Part shown: positions 8,183 to 17,400 of the stretch, piece by piece
How the letters are laid out: every line of letters starts with the position of its first letter
How positions within the stretch are numbered: position 1 is the first letter of the stretch
Assembly (NCBI GenBank): GCA_965279035.1
Contig: OZ257142.1
Coordinates: 3,904,001-3,968,000 of the forward strand
DNA: 64,000 bases
Reading direction: 5' to 3'
DNA from: Bacteroidia bacterium
GTDB taxonomy: Bacteria > Bacteroidota > Bacteroidia > M30B66
Notes under the pieces: generated by a model
Told to the model about the DNA's origin: nothing
The model's database searches: none
The model's input: only the letters and a program-made list of their open reading frames with translations
Position numbers and translations under genes: made by a program

Positions 8183-9626
8183 AGCTAATTTTCAAACACA
8201 CATTCTTCGCCTCCGTAAAAAATCGCAAGGCTTCCCATCCGCCTTCGCGCCCTACTCCACTCTGTTTTACGCCGCCAAAGGGTGTTCTTAAATCACGCAA
8301 CATCCAACAGTTTACCCAAACAATTCCAGTTTTTAATTGTGATGCGATTCGATGTGCTCGAGTAACATGATTTGTCCAAACCGAAAAGGCAAGTCCATAC
8401 GATGTGCTATTGGCAAATTCAACGGCTTCTTCTTCGGAGTCAAATGGCATCAAAGTGACAACCGGACCAAAAATTTCTTCTTGATTGCAACGGGCTTGAG
8501 CATTTAATCCTTCAATGACAGTTGGTTCTATAAAAAACCCAGATGCATTTTCACCTTCCGGATAAATTCGATTTCCTCCACTTAAAATACTTCCGCCTTC
8601 ATCACGAGCCAGCTGAATATAGGATAGTACTTTTTCCATGTGTTGTTCTGATACGACCGATCCCATATCAGATTGAGCATCCATTGGATTTCCTACACGT
8701 AATTGCTTTACTCTTTCTATAAATGCGACTTTAAATTGAGTGTAAATACTTCGTTCAATCAAAATGCGCGATCCACACAAACATATCTGTCCTTGGTTCG
8801 AAAATGCAGCTCTTACAGCTTCCTTTACGGTATGTTCGAAATCGCAATCTGCAAATATCAAGGTGGCATTTTTACCTCCTAATTCAAGTGATAGTTTTTT
8901 AAACTGAGGTGCAGCAACGCGCGCTATTTCGGCACCTGTGCGGGTTCCACCTGTAAACGAAATGGCTAAAACATCTGGATGAGCTACCATCGCAGCACCG
9001 ACATCCGGTCCTAAACCATGCAACACATTGAGTACTCCTGCCGGAAATCCTGCTTCAATGCACAGTTTTGAAAATAAATAGGCTGTCATCGGTGTAATTT
9101 CCGAAGGCTTTGCAACTACTGTATTTCCGCTTGCTAATGCCGGTGCAATCTTCCAAGTAAATAAATACAATGGTAAATTCCAGGGCGAAATGCATGCTAC
9201 AACACCAAAAGCTTGACGAAGTGTATAATTGATTGCAACATCATCGGTCGCATGCGCTTCGGTACTTGTGTGTAAAATAGCCGTAGCAAAAAACCGAATG
9301 TTGGCTATTGCTCTAGGAATATCAACACTTCTGGCTACATGCAAAGGCTTTCCAGAATCAATGCTTTCGGCTAATGCCAAGGCTTCAAGATCACGCTCCA
9401 TGAGATTTGCTAGATGAATCATGTTCAGCGAGCGTTGATTCGCTTTAAGTGAGGACCAAGATGGATAAGCCAGTTTTGCTGCTTTAATAGCTTCATTCAC
9501 ATCCTCCACATTAGAAGCCGGTAGTTGACTATATACTTTTCCTGTAGCTGGATTAGTATTGTTGAGCCAGTTTGAATGTTGGGGCTCACAAAGTTTTCCT
9601 TGGATATAATTGAGAATTTGAAGCAT
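8181..9626 (-). CDS. Aldehyde dehydrogenase (2-aminomuconate/2-hydroxymuconate semialdehyde dehydrogenase-like)
   Basis: ISPWNLP, SFTGGT, LELGGKN, catalytic GQICLC, EEIFGPV and WVNCWMLRDLRTPFGGVKQSG motifs. Confidence 0.9.
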   Translation of the reverse strand: MLQILNYIQGKLCEPQHSNWLNNTNPATGKVYSQLPASNVEDVNEAIKAAKLAYPSWSSLKANQRSLNMIHLANLMERDLEALALAESIDSGKPLHVARSVDIPRAIANIRFFATAILHTSTEAHATDDVAINYTLRQAFGVVACISPWNLPLYLFTWKIAPALASGNTVVAKPSEITPMTAYLFSKLCIEAGFPAGVLNVLHGLGPDVGAAMVAHPDVLAISFTGGTRTGAEIARVAAPQFKKLSLELGGKNATLIFADCDFEHTVKEAVRAAFSNQGQICLCGSRILIERSIYTQFKVAFIERVKQLRVGNPMDAQSDMGSVVSEQHMEKVLSYIQLARDEGGSILSGGNRIYPEGENASGFFIEPTVIEGLNAQARCNQEEIFGPVVTLMPFDSEEEAVEFANSTSYGLAFSVWTNHVTRAHRIASQLKTGIVWVNCWMLRDLRTPFGGVKQSGVGREGGWEALRFFTEAKNVCLKIS

Positions 9627-9682
9627 TGAATTTCAAAATTGAAGGGCTAAATTACAAATTCAAATCAGCAGAAAGGTTTCTC

Positions 9683-10768
9683 TTAAATCAAGAAACTTCT
9701 GCTTTTCCATTCAGAAGGCCATAAGAGTTTGGTGAAAGGAATAATCACTAGGAGAATTGGATAAAGCATTCTGAAAATTGGCCAAAAAACCCAAACAAAA
9801 TTTCCTCCCGAACTGTGAATAACTTCCCGAATGAGAAACATTTCTGGAATGATCATGAATCCATAAGCTGGACCTATAACCCAAATTCCAATTGGAAATA
9901 ATACCAGCCAAACTAGCAATAAAACAGCATGCACTTGCTGATTTAAATTACTTAAATGGCTTGTTTTAGAAGCCCATCGTCGACGTTGAACAAACCATTC
10001 TTTCCAGCCAGAAACAGAGTGAGTATGAACCAAATTTCCTTTTCCATAGACAAATCGAATGCTTTGTGATGATACCTGTTGAAACGATCTCATCAACAAA
10101 ACATCATCACCCGAAGCTTTACTTTCATGCGCAGAATAGCCACCAACGTGCTCCCATTGTTTTTTATTGATCAACAAATTAGCACCGCTACTCATCAAAG
10201 CATTTCCATTTCCCGCCGATGCCATGCTGATAGTTTGAAGACATCTGTTTTCGGCATGTTCAAGTATTGATGAGAAATTTAAGGATTTCGTTTCTGTAAT
10301 AACCATCCCAATACCCATGGAAATATCAGTCAAACAATGCTTCCTCCATGTATCAATAAAATCAGCATCGAACCAACAATCAGCATCAGTCGTTACAATC
10401 CAGTTATTTTGTGATTCCAGAATTCCCTTTTTAAGCGCTGCTTTTTTAGAACCACCCGATGCAGGATTCAATTTCAACACCCGAATTTCCTTTCTCATCG
10501 AACCAAACGCGACTAAGCCATTATCGCTTGAAAAATCATCCACAAGAATTACTTCGTCGCCTTCTATTAAGTGAAGTTTTTCCAAAGATTCTATTAATGG
10601 TTTTATTCGGTGCTCTTCATTTCGGAAAGGAATAATGAGGCTAATAGGTTGATTTGTATCTGAATGTTCTTGACTACTAATCGAGGATTTTCTTATTCCG
10701 TTTAACAGCCAGATTAGCAGGTAAAACGGAATAACTAAAAAAAGAAAGATGCCGAGTGAAGAAATCAT
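9683..10768 (-). CDS. Glycosyltransferase family 2, membrane-bound
   Basis: IIPFRNEE, VDDFSSD, TTDAD, SGDD and QRRRW motifs with flanking TM helices. Confidence 0.9.
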   Translation of the reverse strand: MISSLGIFLFLVIPFYLLIWLLNGIRKSSISSQEHSDTNQPISLIIPFRNEEHRIKPLIESLEKLHLIEGDEVILVDDFSSDNGLVAFGSMRKEIRVLKLNPASGGSKKAALKKGILESQNNWIVTTDADCWFDADFIDTWRKHCLTDISMGIGMVITETKSLNFSSILEHAENRCLQTISMASAGNGNALMSSGANLLINKKQWEHVGGYSAHESKASGDDVLLMRSFQQVSSQSIRFVYGKGNLVHTHSVSGWKEWFVQRRRWASKTSHLSNLNQQVHAVLLLVWLVLFPIGIWVIGPAYGFMIIPEMFLIREVIHSSGGNFVWVFWPIFRMLYPILLVIIPFTKLLWPSEWKSRSFLI

Positions 10769-10810
10769 CTTTCTAAAAATAGGTCTTTTCCTTTGTACCT
10801 TGCCCCAAGC

Positions 10811-11416
10811 ATGATAAAAGATAAGGTCATATTAGGCATTGATCCAGGGACAAATGTGATGGGTTATGGAGTAATTCACATTCAAGGACGAACTGTAAAA
10901 CTACTGCATTTAGGAACGCTTCATATGGAAAAGCAAAGCGATCATGGAACAAAGCTCAAGATGATATTCGAGTGTGTGTTGAATTTAATTGAAACCTATT
11001 CGCCCGATGAAGTTGCTGCGGAGGCTCCTTTCTTCGGAAAAAATGTTCAGTCGATGCTTAAATTAGGAAGGGCTCAAGGAGTTGCATTTGCTGCGGCTTT
11101 GCATAAGAATCTTCCAATTTTCGAATATTCGCCTCGTAAAATAAAGCAAAGCATCACAGGAAAAGGAGCTGCTTCGAAAGAACAAGTTTCGGCTATTTTG
11201 CAAAATATCTTGAAGATTGAAGATAAAGACATGCCCAAATACCTCGATGCTACAGATGGTTTAGCGGCTGCGATGTGTCATTATTTTCAACATGGTCCAA
11301 TTGGAAATGGTCCCGAAAATACTTTGTCAAAAGCCAAATCGAAACAAAAGGGAAGCAGCAAAAGTGTTTCTGGTTGGAAAGCTTTTGTGACTCAAAATCC
11401 CGATCGTGTAAAGTAA
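10811..11416 (+). CDS. ruvC: Crossover junction endodeoxyribonuclease RuvC
   Basis: ILGIDPGT, EAPFFGKNVQS, GAASKEQV and DATDGLA motifs. ATG at 10811 preferred over TTG at 10793. Confidence 0.95.
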   Translation: MIKDKVILGIDPGTNVMGYGVIHIQGRTVKLLHLGTLHMEKQSDHGTKLKMIFECVLNLIETYSPDEVAAEAPFFGKNVQSMLKLGRAQGVAFAAALHKNLPIFEYSPRKIKQSITGKGAASKEQVSAILQNILKIEDKDMPKYLDATDGLAAAMCHYFQHGPIGNGPENTLSKAKSKQKGSSKSVSGWKAFVTQNPDRVK

Positions 11417-11419
11417 AAA

Positions 11420-11812
11420 TCAGAATGCAGCGACAATCCGATTCTGAATCGAAACCAATTGTTCTTTGCTTAATTGCAATTTTGGACGAGTAAAATTGAT
11501 ATCGCCTACTTCATTGATTGGTACAAGGTGAATATGTGCATGCGGCACTTCCAAACCAATGACAGCAACACCCACTTTTCTACACGGAATCGCCTTCTCA
11601 ATCGCTTTGGCTACCTCTTGAGAAAATCCAAAGAGTGACTGAAGTAATGATGGTTCGAGATCAAAGAGATTATCTATTTCCTGCTTAGGGATAACTAATA
11701 CGTGACCTTCAACCAAAGGGAACACATCTAAAAAAGCAAGAAACTGTTCTGTCTCCGCAATTTTATAAGCTGGAATTTCCCCTTGAATAATCCGAGTAAA
11801 TAGACTAGGCAT
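11420..11812 (-). CDS. HIT family protein
   Basis: FLDVFP, GHVLVIPK and the HAHIH histidine triad. Confidence 0.95.
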   Translation of the reverse strand: MPSLFTRIIQGEIPAYKIAETEQFLAFLDVFPLVEGHVLVIPKQEIDNLFDLEPSLLQSLFGFSQEVAKAIEKAIPCRKVGVAVIGLEVPHAHIHLVPINEVGDINFTRPKLQLSKEQLVSIQNRIVAAF

Positions 11813-11813
11813 A

Positions 11814-12293
11814 TTAGCGTCCTATTTCCAGCACTTCTAATTTCACTTGACCATTCGGAACCGTTGCTTCTACAATATCTCCTACTTTTTTTCCAAGCAA
11901 TGCTTTCGCAATAGGTGAGCTCACTGAAATTTTTCCAGATTTCATGTCAGCTTCATTTTCAGCTACCAATGTGTAAGTCATCACAGCGTTATTCACTGTA
12001 TTTTTAATTTTCACACGAGAAAGTATAAGCACTTTGGAAGAATCAAGTTTGGATTCATCAATGACACGAGCGTTGGAAAGAATTTCTTCCATTTTAGCTA
12101 TTTTCATCTCAAGCAATCCCTGAGCTTCTTTTGCAGCATCGTATTCGGCATTTTCCGATAGATCTCCTTTATCACGAGCTTCAGCAATCTGAGCAGAAAT
12201 AGAAGGACGCTCAACATGACGCAAATGATCAATCTCTGCATGGAGTTTCTTAAGTCCTTCTTCTGTTAAATAGGTAATTGTAGACATGATCAA
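11814..12293 (-). CDS. greA: Transcription elongation factor GreA
   Basis: EARDKGDLSENAEYDAAKE and ISVSSPIAKALLGK motifs. Confidence 0.97.
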   Translation of the reverse strand: MIMSTITYLTEEGLKKLHAEIDHLRHVERPSISAQIAEARDKGDLSENAEYDAAKEAQGLLEMKIAKMEEILSNARVIDESKLDSSKVLILSRVKIKNTVNNAVMTYTLVAENEADMKSGKISVSSPIAKALLGKKVGDIVEATVPNGQVKLEVLEIGR

Positions 12294-12302
12294 TGTATTA
12301 AA

Positions 12303-12347
12303 GACAATAAAACGGAAAGACTCTTCGTGCTGAAGAGTCTTTCCGTT
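12303..12347 (-). terminator. 16-bp perfect hairpin/terminator between the PorV-family gene and greA
   Basis: AACGGAAAGACTCTTC-loop-GAAGAGTCTTTCCGTT, followed on the minus strand by a T-rich tract. Confidence 0.75.
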
Positions 12348-12353
12348 ACGCAG

Positions 12354-12384
12354 CTAAAGTAACAAAGCTGCCGAATAAATGCAA
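12354..12384 (-). promoter_or_regulatory. Putative greA promoter
   Basis: Minus strand TTG, 20-nt spacer, TACTTTAG. Confidence 0.55.
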
Positions 12385-12393
12385 GTAAGATTA

Positions 12394-13473
12394 TTAGAGA
12401 TTTATGCGAGCTCCAATAGAGTGAACTCCAGCAAATGGATTTGTTGTGCGGTATGAATAATCTAACGCGAAGGTTGTCCCTTTTTTATTCAATGGAGCTT
12501 CAATGGTAAATCCAGCTGTTGGTCCAGTTAAAGCACTAGTACGCCCTTGAGTTGAGTATCCTGTACTTGCTGTTGCAGCAGCACCTCCATTTACTTCGAG
12601 CATATATCCAGCACGAACCATGAAAATTTTATTGAAGGAATATTCGGCACCACCTTGAAACTGATCACGAGAAAAAGAATTCGAACAGAAATTCATTGCA
12701 ATGCTCACTTTGTGTTTTTCTGCTACATCGATAATGTATGCACCACCAATATTCAACATCGAAGGCATTTCGAAGGCTTCGTTACGTTGCTCAACGGTCA
12801 TAGTTGAACCTGTTGCAGCAACAGTTCCTTTGAAAGAAAGTCCATCACCATTAAACTTCATACGAGGACCAACATTACGTAAAGAAATACCAAAACGGAT
12901 ATTTTCTTTTTTTCCAGCAATGTATTGAACTCCTGCATCTAAGCAAATTCCAGATGAACGAACATCCGAAATACTTTGTGAAACAGTTCGTACTACGATT
13001 CCTCCATAAATACTATTGGAGAATTCTTTTGCGAATGACAAACCGATATTGGTAAAAGTTGGTGAAAACGTACCAATGTTTCCTTCAGGTTGATCAACTG
13101 TAGTTATTGGAAGATCTCCAAAATTCATCGACATAACACTCAAGCCGATGGTGCTTGTTTTGTCTTTCCCAATTCCTTGAGTAATCCCAAAAGCATTGAT
13201 TCCGATGCCAGCTCCTCCTAACCAATTGGTATGAGAAAATACAACTTCTGTTTTCTTAGTAAAAGCCGTTCCTGCAACATTGAGGAATTGAGCTTCTAGT
13301 CCGCGAACCATCGATGTATTAGCACCTGCCCATCCGGAACTACGTGCAAATGGATTAATCAACAACTCTGTTGAACCTGCTTGGCCAATCCGGTCTTCAT
13401 TACCGGCAAACCCTGATGCAACTCCAGTAAATAAAGCTGCAAATAATATAAGTGAACTATAGCACTGCTTCAT
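12394..13473 (-). CDS. PorV/PorQ family outer-membrane beta-barrel protein
   Basis: Signal peptide, LLINPFARSSGWAG and FSHTNW motifs, alternating beta-strands, C-terminal IGARINL. Confidence 0.8.
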   Translation of the reverse strand: MKQCYSSLILFAALFTGVASGFAGNEDRIGQAGSTELLINPFARSSGWAGANTSMVRGLEAQFLNVAGTAFTKKTEVVFSHTNWLGGAGIGINAFGITQGIGKDKTSTIGLSVMSMNFGDLPITTVDQPEGNIGTFSPTFTNIGLSFAKEFSNSIYGGIVVRTVSQSISDVRSSGICLDAGVQYIAGKKENIRFGISLRNVGPRMKFNGDGLSFKGTVAATGSTMTVEQRNEAFEMPSMLNIGGAYIIDVAEKHKVSIAMNFCSNSFSRDQFQGGAEYSFNKIFMVRAGYMLEVNGGAAATASTGYSTQGRTSALTGPTAGFTIEAPLNKKGTTFALDYSYRTTNPFAGVHSIGARINL

Positions 13474-13506
13474 GTTCGTTCTTTTTTTGAGGTTGATGGG
13501 TTCCGA

Positions 13507-16500
13507 TTAGAATGTATCAAGGTCGATCGGACGCAACACACCGAAGAATTTCACTATTTTCTCACCTACATCAGGCACATTGACATGGATGATATATATA
13601 CCGCTTGAAATTGTAATGTTTGCCTGATTTTTCAAATCCCAATCAAGCGAAGTGGATGGATCTGCTTTGTTGTATGTACGCACCAACACTCCACTTGTCG
13701 TGTAAATTTTGATAGTACATTCAGCAGGTAAATTCGTGATCTTAACACGGTTATCTAGCTGATTTTTCTCATATCCAGAATAAGCGTAATATGGATTCGG
13801 AACTACATTGATCAGATCCAAAGCCGATTTTGCTGTTTCTAAATTTCCACGTCGTGCAAATAAATCGGAAGTACCAAATGTGTAAAATGGATTGTTCCCA
13901 TTCACTGCTGTAGTAGATGAATCAGTGGCATTGTATCCTTTAGAATAAGGACGATTTACACGAATTCGAACTTTCAAATCGCATGATAAAAATGGTTTGT
14001 TATCCACTCCAATTGGAACGCCTACCCAAGCTGCATCTTTGTAAACAGCACGTTTATTTGCAGCTGTTGGATCGCTCAATTTTGTACGGATAAATTCTCC
14101 TTTATCATAACGAGGCATATCCGAAGCTGTATTTCCAGAATGATTGAAAATGTAGATGAAATGCTTACCTCCCAATACATTCAACAAAGAACCATTGTCG
14201 TATAAAATAGTGCGTGAAGAAGGATTGAACTTCATATCGCGCCCATTGTCTTGAGCTAAACGAGAAGATTCTCCAAAGCCCATATTCAAACGTTCTCCTG
14301 TTTCAACATTAATCGCATATCCAGGAAACCAACTCATTCCGGTTCCATCACCATCTGGATTTCCTTCTTTATCTACAGATGGCGCACCACGTAGATTTCC
14401 TTTTTCGGCATTTCCTTGTGCAAAATCAGGATCATCACCGGTTTCAAATACAGGACAACGTGTCCATTTTGATTTATCAGCTGTGAATACAACATCAACA
14501 CTTGAAATACGCTTTACATTTCCTACAATTTGAATTGTTGCAGAAGTATTAAATGCTGGTCCATCGTTATAACGAGATACAAGCATGTAAGGCGCCCAAG
14601 TACCACCATTTACTTTTTCATAAATAGATTGTGGGTCAATACCTAAAACATCATTACACGTTACATCTGCTCCAGTACCTGTATTTTCTAATGTACCTGA
14701 ACGTATCCAGTTAGCAGCATTTGTACAACCTTCTTCATCAGATAAGAAAGTTAACCAACGAGTAGAATTATCTGAAAATTCCTGAGTAGCAGTGATAAAA
14801 CCATTCCCATCAGTAGGGTTAGCCCCAGGTTCAAGAACTTGTTTTACGATTGCCGAAAATCCCCATTCAACAATTACTTCTTCGGCACCTTTACCAATTT
14901 CATTTTTTGAAACATACTCACTGAGTTGTCCTGATTCTGCATTCAAATATTTCAAGGACCAATGAGAATTATCAATAGAATCCACATCAAGAATTTTAAA
15001 TTCAAATTGCCCTTCAGGAATAGATAGTGGATCTACAACTTTAATAGCAACAGGACCTGCATTCTTTTTATAGACTGGATTTTTAGCCCAGAATGGTTCA
15101 GCTAAGATTTCTGCAATCGATTCATCCGAAAGATCAACTTCATTTCCTCCATTACCCCAACCTTCCATTCGGGTTAATGCTGGCTCATCTCCAAATGCGG
15201 CTTGAACATCAACTCCTCCAAATTGAGGAGAATTAATGTGTGGAATACCCGTATAAATTTGAATAGCTGCCATTCCATAAGTACGACGACCTGCTAGATA
15301 AGCTTGTCCAAATGTTTCGTCTGCAATATTGTCGGAAGTAGCATAAGACAATACCATATAATAGTATTTCTTATGGTTAATCAATTTGTTATCTCCCGTT
15401 GCAAAAAGGTCAGTAGTTATATTAAAACTGTTTACGAGCCCTTTATTTGGTCCATCCGCTTTCAATACAGGAATACTTGCATTCAAATCCAAATCAAAAT
15501 TCCGGTTGATTACTTTCGTTATATTATCTTTTATATCAACTTGAGTAACCAGACGCGCTCTGTTCACATCACCTAAATCGGGAACAGTTACCGTATTGTC
15601 TTTTAATTGATAGATCTGATATCCTTGGAAAGCATATTTCACATCACCAAATCCAGGGATACTAGTTTGATCTAAGTAATATTCAACTTTATCGTTGTTA
15701 GTATTTTGAAATAAGAGAACTAACTCTCTGTTCAATTCTACCACTTTGGTTTGAGGAGCATCCGGACCATTGATAATAGAAAAACAATTATCGAATAAGG
15801 CTTGAGCATCATCATCCACACGACGCATTACTTCAACTGAAGCTAAACGACCACCTGAAGAAGCTCTCCCCCAAACAACACCCATTGTAATCTTATTAAA
15901 ACCACCCGATTGAAGGGTGAATGGACCTGCCGATTGAAGAATTCGGAAGTCGGAAGGAGGTACAGCACCAAATTGGTCAATTGACCAGTTACCAAGTGGT
16001 TGATCTTCAGGAACGCATGTTTGAGATGCACCTGTAATCATATACCCATAACCACGTGGATCGGTATTTCCAGGGAACATGTAACTGTAATTTGTACCAG
16101 CACCATATCCGTTTCCTCCATATATCATCGGAGTTCCATCTTTCCAAATACCACGTAGGTAGTTGTAAATATGTTGTCCATTGTCTGGATCATTTGCATA
16201 GCTAGGTCCTGTAGAAGTATAGTAAATGAAACGAGCCATACCAATACGCTCATTATCCACAATACTATCACCATATCCTAGTCCATTCGCAGCGCGAGGA
16301 TTGATACAAGGATCGCCAGAATCATCTAAATTATTAGGATCAGCAAAAGGTCCCTCGAAGAAATCCACCCCTACTGCAGGAGGATTTTCGCCATAGCCTT
16401 TTACAGTTTCATCAAGTTCATCTCCATTATATACGTACCCTAAACCACGACCAACATCGCAACCAGCATAGTCATCCGCATAATAACCCAAATCGGGGTC

Positions 16501-17400
16501 AGTCCAAATACCAAAATACGTTTGATTCACTGAGAATGTTGAACGGTTAATGATCTCATAGTTATAGAAGGTCATGTTGTTCAAGGCATTGTTGGTAGCA
16601 AATTCAAATGCTTGTGCCCGAATCTCTAATCCAAGTGGGAAACCATTTGTTTCACCGTGAATGTTTCCGTTATCATTGAAAACCCACCAAAGTGTTTGAT
16701 CTCCAAATACACGCGCTTGACAACCTAAGTCACCTGTAATATCATAAGCAGGATATTCTGTTGCGAAACCTTGATCATCGCGAAGATCTGGTTCATAATA
16801 TCCATTAGAGTTTCCATCCACAAAAGGAGCAATTTCTGAAGCATAACCTGGGAAAGCACCATCATCAATTCCGTTTCCTGGCCATTCGCTAATCACTTCA
16901 GTTGCAGCAGAACCTAAATAGAATTCTTCCACTTCTTGACGTGTGATTTTCCAATGCTTATCATAAGCCAAACAAACAGCTGCATCGGTTGAAGCTCCTT
17001 CAATTTTCAAAGGACCAGGCCAGAAGTCATTACCACCTGAACGATAAGTCATAGCAGCTGCTTTCAAGTTCCCTCCATTGTCCAATCCACCAATCCATAA
17101 AGAGCCGGCAAACATAGAGTGCTTTCCAGTTCCTTTGGGGATTTCATATTTTGGATTGTTATTCAAATCCCACCACATATCTCCCGAAGTGAAAATGGTA
17201 GTTCGAACATTGTTCAAATCCAAATCTGTTCTTCCCGAACCCGGAGCACAAGCCGCAGCTATGCTTTTAGGTTTCCCAGTGGATGAACCTCCTGATTTTG
17301 GTCCAGGAACATTTCGGGCTTGAACAAACGCTGTGTGTCCAACCAGAAAAAGTAGTGTATAAAGAATGCGAGTATTCATAGGACTCGATATTAAAATCAT
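13507..17400 (-). CDS. Large secreted protein with T9SS-like C-terminal domain, function unknown
   Basis: Signal peptide (likely start 17379, MNTRIL), N-terminal FAGSLWIGG domain, C-terminal INVVPNPY...IKIYTTSGVLVR...WDLKN...SGIYIIHV. Confidence 0.75.
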   Translation of the reverse strand: MILISSPMNTRILYTLLFLVGHTAFVQARNVPGPKSGGSSTGKPKSIAAACAPGSGRTDLDLNNVRTTIFTSGDMWWDLNNNPKYEIPKGTGKHSMFAGSLWIGGLDNGGNLKAAAMTYRSGGNDFWPGPLKIEGASTDAAVCLAYDKHWKITRQEVEEFYLGSAATEVISEWPGNGIDDGAFPGYASEIAPFVDGNSNGYYEPDLRDDQGFATEYPAYDITGDLGCQARVFGDQTLWWVFNDNGNIHGETNGFPLGLEIRAQAFEFATNNALNNMTFYNYEIINRSTFSVNQTYFGIWTDPDLGYYADDYAGCDVGRGLGYVYNGDELDETVKGYGENPPAVGVDFFEGPFADPNNLDDSGDPCINPRAANGLGYGDSIVDNERIGMARFIYYTSTGPSYANDPDNGQHIYNYLRGIWKDGTPMIYGGNGYGAGTNYSYMFPGNTDPRGYGYMITGASQTCVPEDQPLGNWSIDQFGAVPPSDFRILQSAGPFTLQSGGFNKITMGVVWGRASSGGRLASVEVMRRVDDDAQALFDNCFSIINGPDAPQTKVVELNRELVLLFQNTNNDKVEYYLDQTSIPGFGDVKYAFQGYQIYQLKDNTVTVPDLGDVNRARLVTQVDIKDNITKVINRNFDLDLNASIPVLKADGPNKGLVNSFNITTDLFATGDNKLINHKKYYYMVLSYATSDNIADETFGQAYLAGRRTYGMAAIQIYTGIPHINSPQFGGVDVQAAFGDEPALTRMEGWGNGGNEVDLSDESIAEILAEPFWAKNPVYKKNAGPVAIKVVDPLSIPEGQFEFKILDVDSIDNSHWSLKYLNAESGQLSEYVSKNEIGKGAEEVIVEWGFSAIVKQVLEPGANPTDGNGFITATQEFSDNSTRWLTFLSDEEGCTNAANWIRSGTLENTGTGADVTCNDVLGIDPQSIYEKVNGGTWAPYMLVSRYNDGPAFNTSATIQIVGNVKRISSVDVVFTADKSKWTRCPVFETGDDPDFAQGNAEKGNLRGAPSVDKEGNPDGDGTGMSWFPGYAINVETGERLNMGFGESSRLAQDNGRDMKFNPSSRTILYDNGSLLNVLGGKHFIYIFNHSGNTASDMPRYDKGEFIRTKLSDPTAANKRAVYKDAAWVGVPIGVDNKPFLSCDLKVRIRVNRPYSKGYNATDSSTTAVNGNNPFYTFGTSDLFARRGNLETAKSALDLINVVPNPYYAYSGYEKNQLDNRVKITNLPAECTIKIYTTSGVLVRTYNKADPSTSLDWDLKNQANITISSGIYIIHVNVPDVGEKIVKFFGVLRPIDLDTF

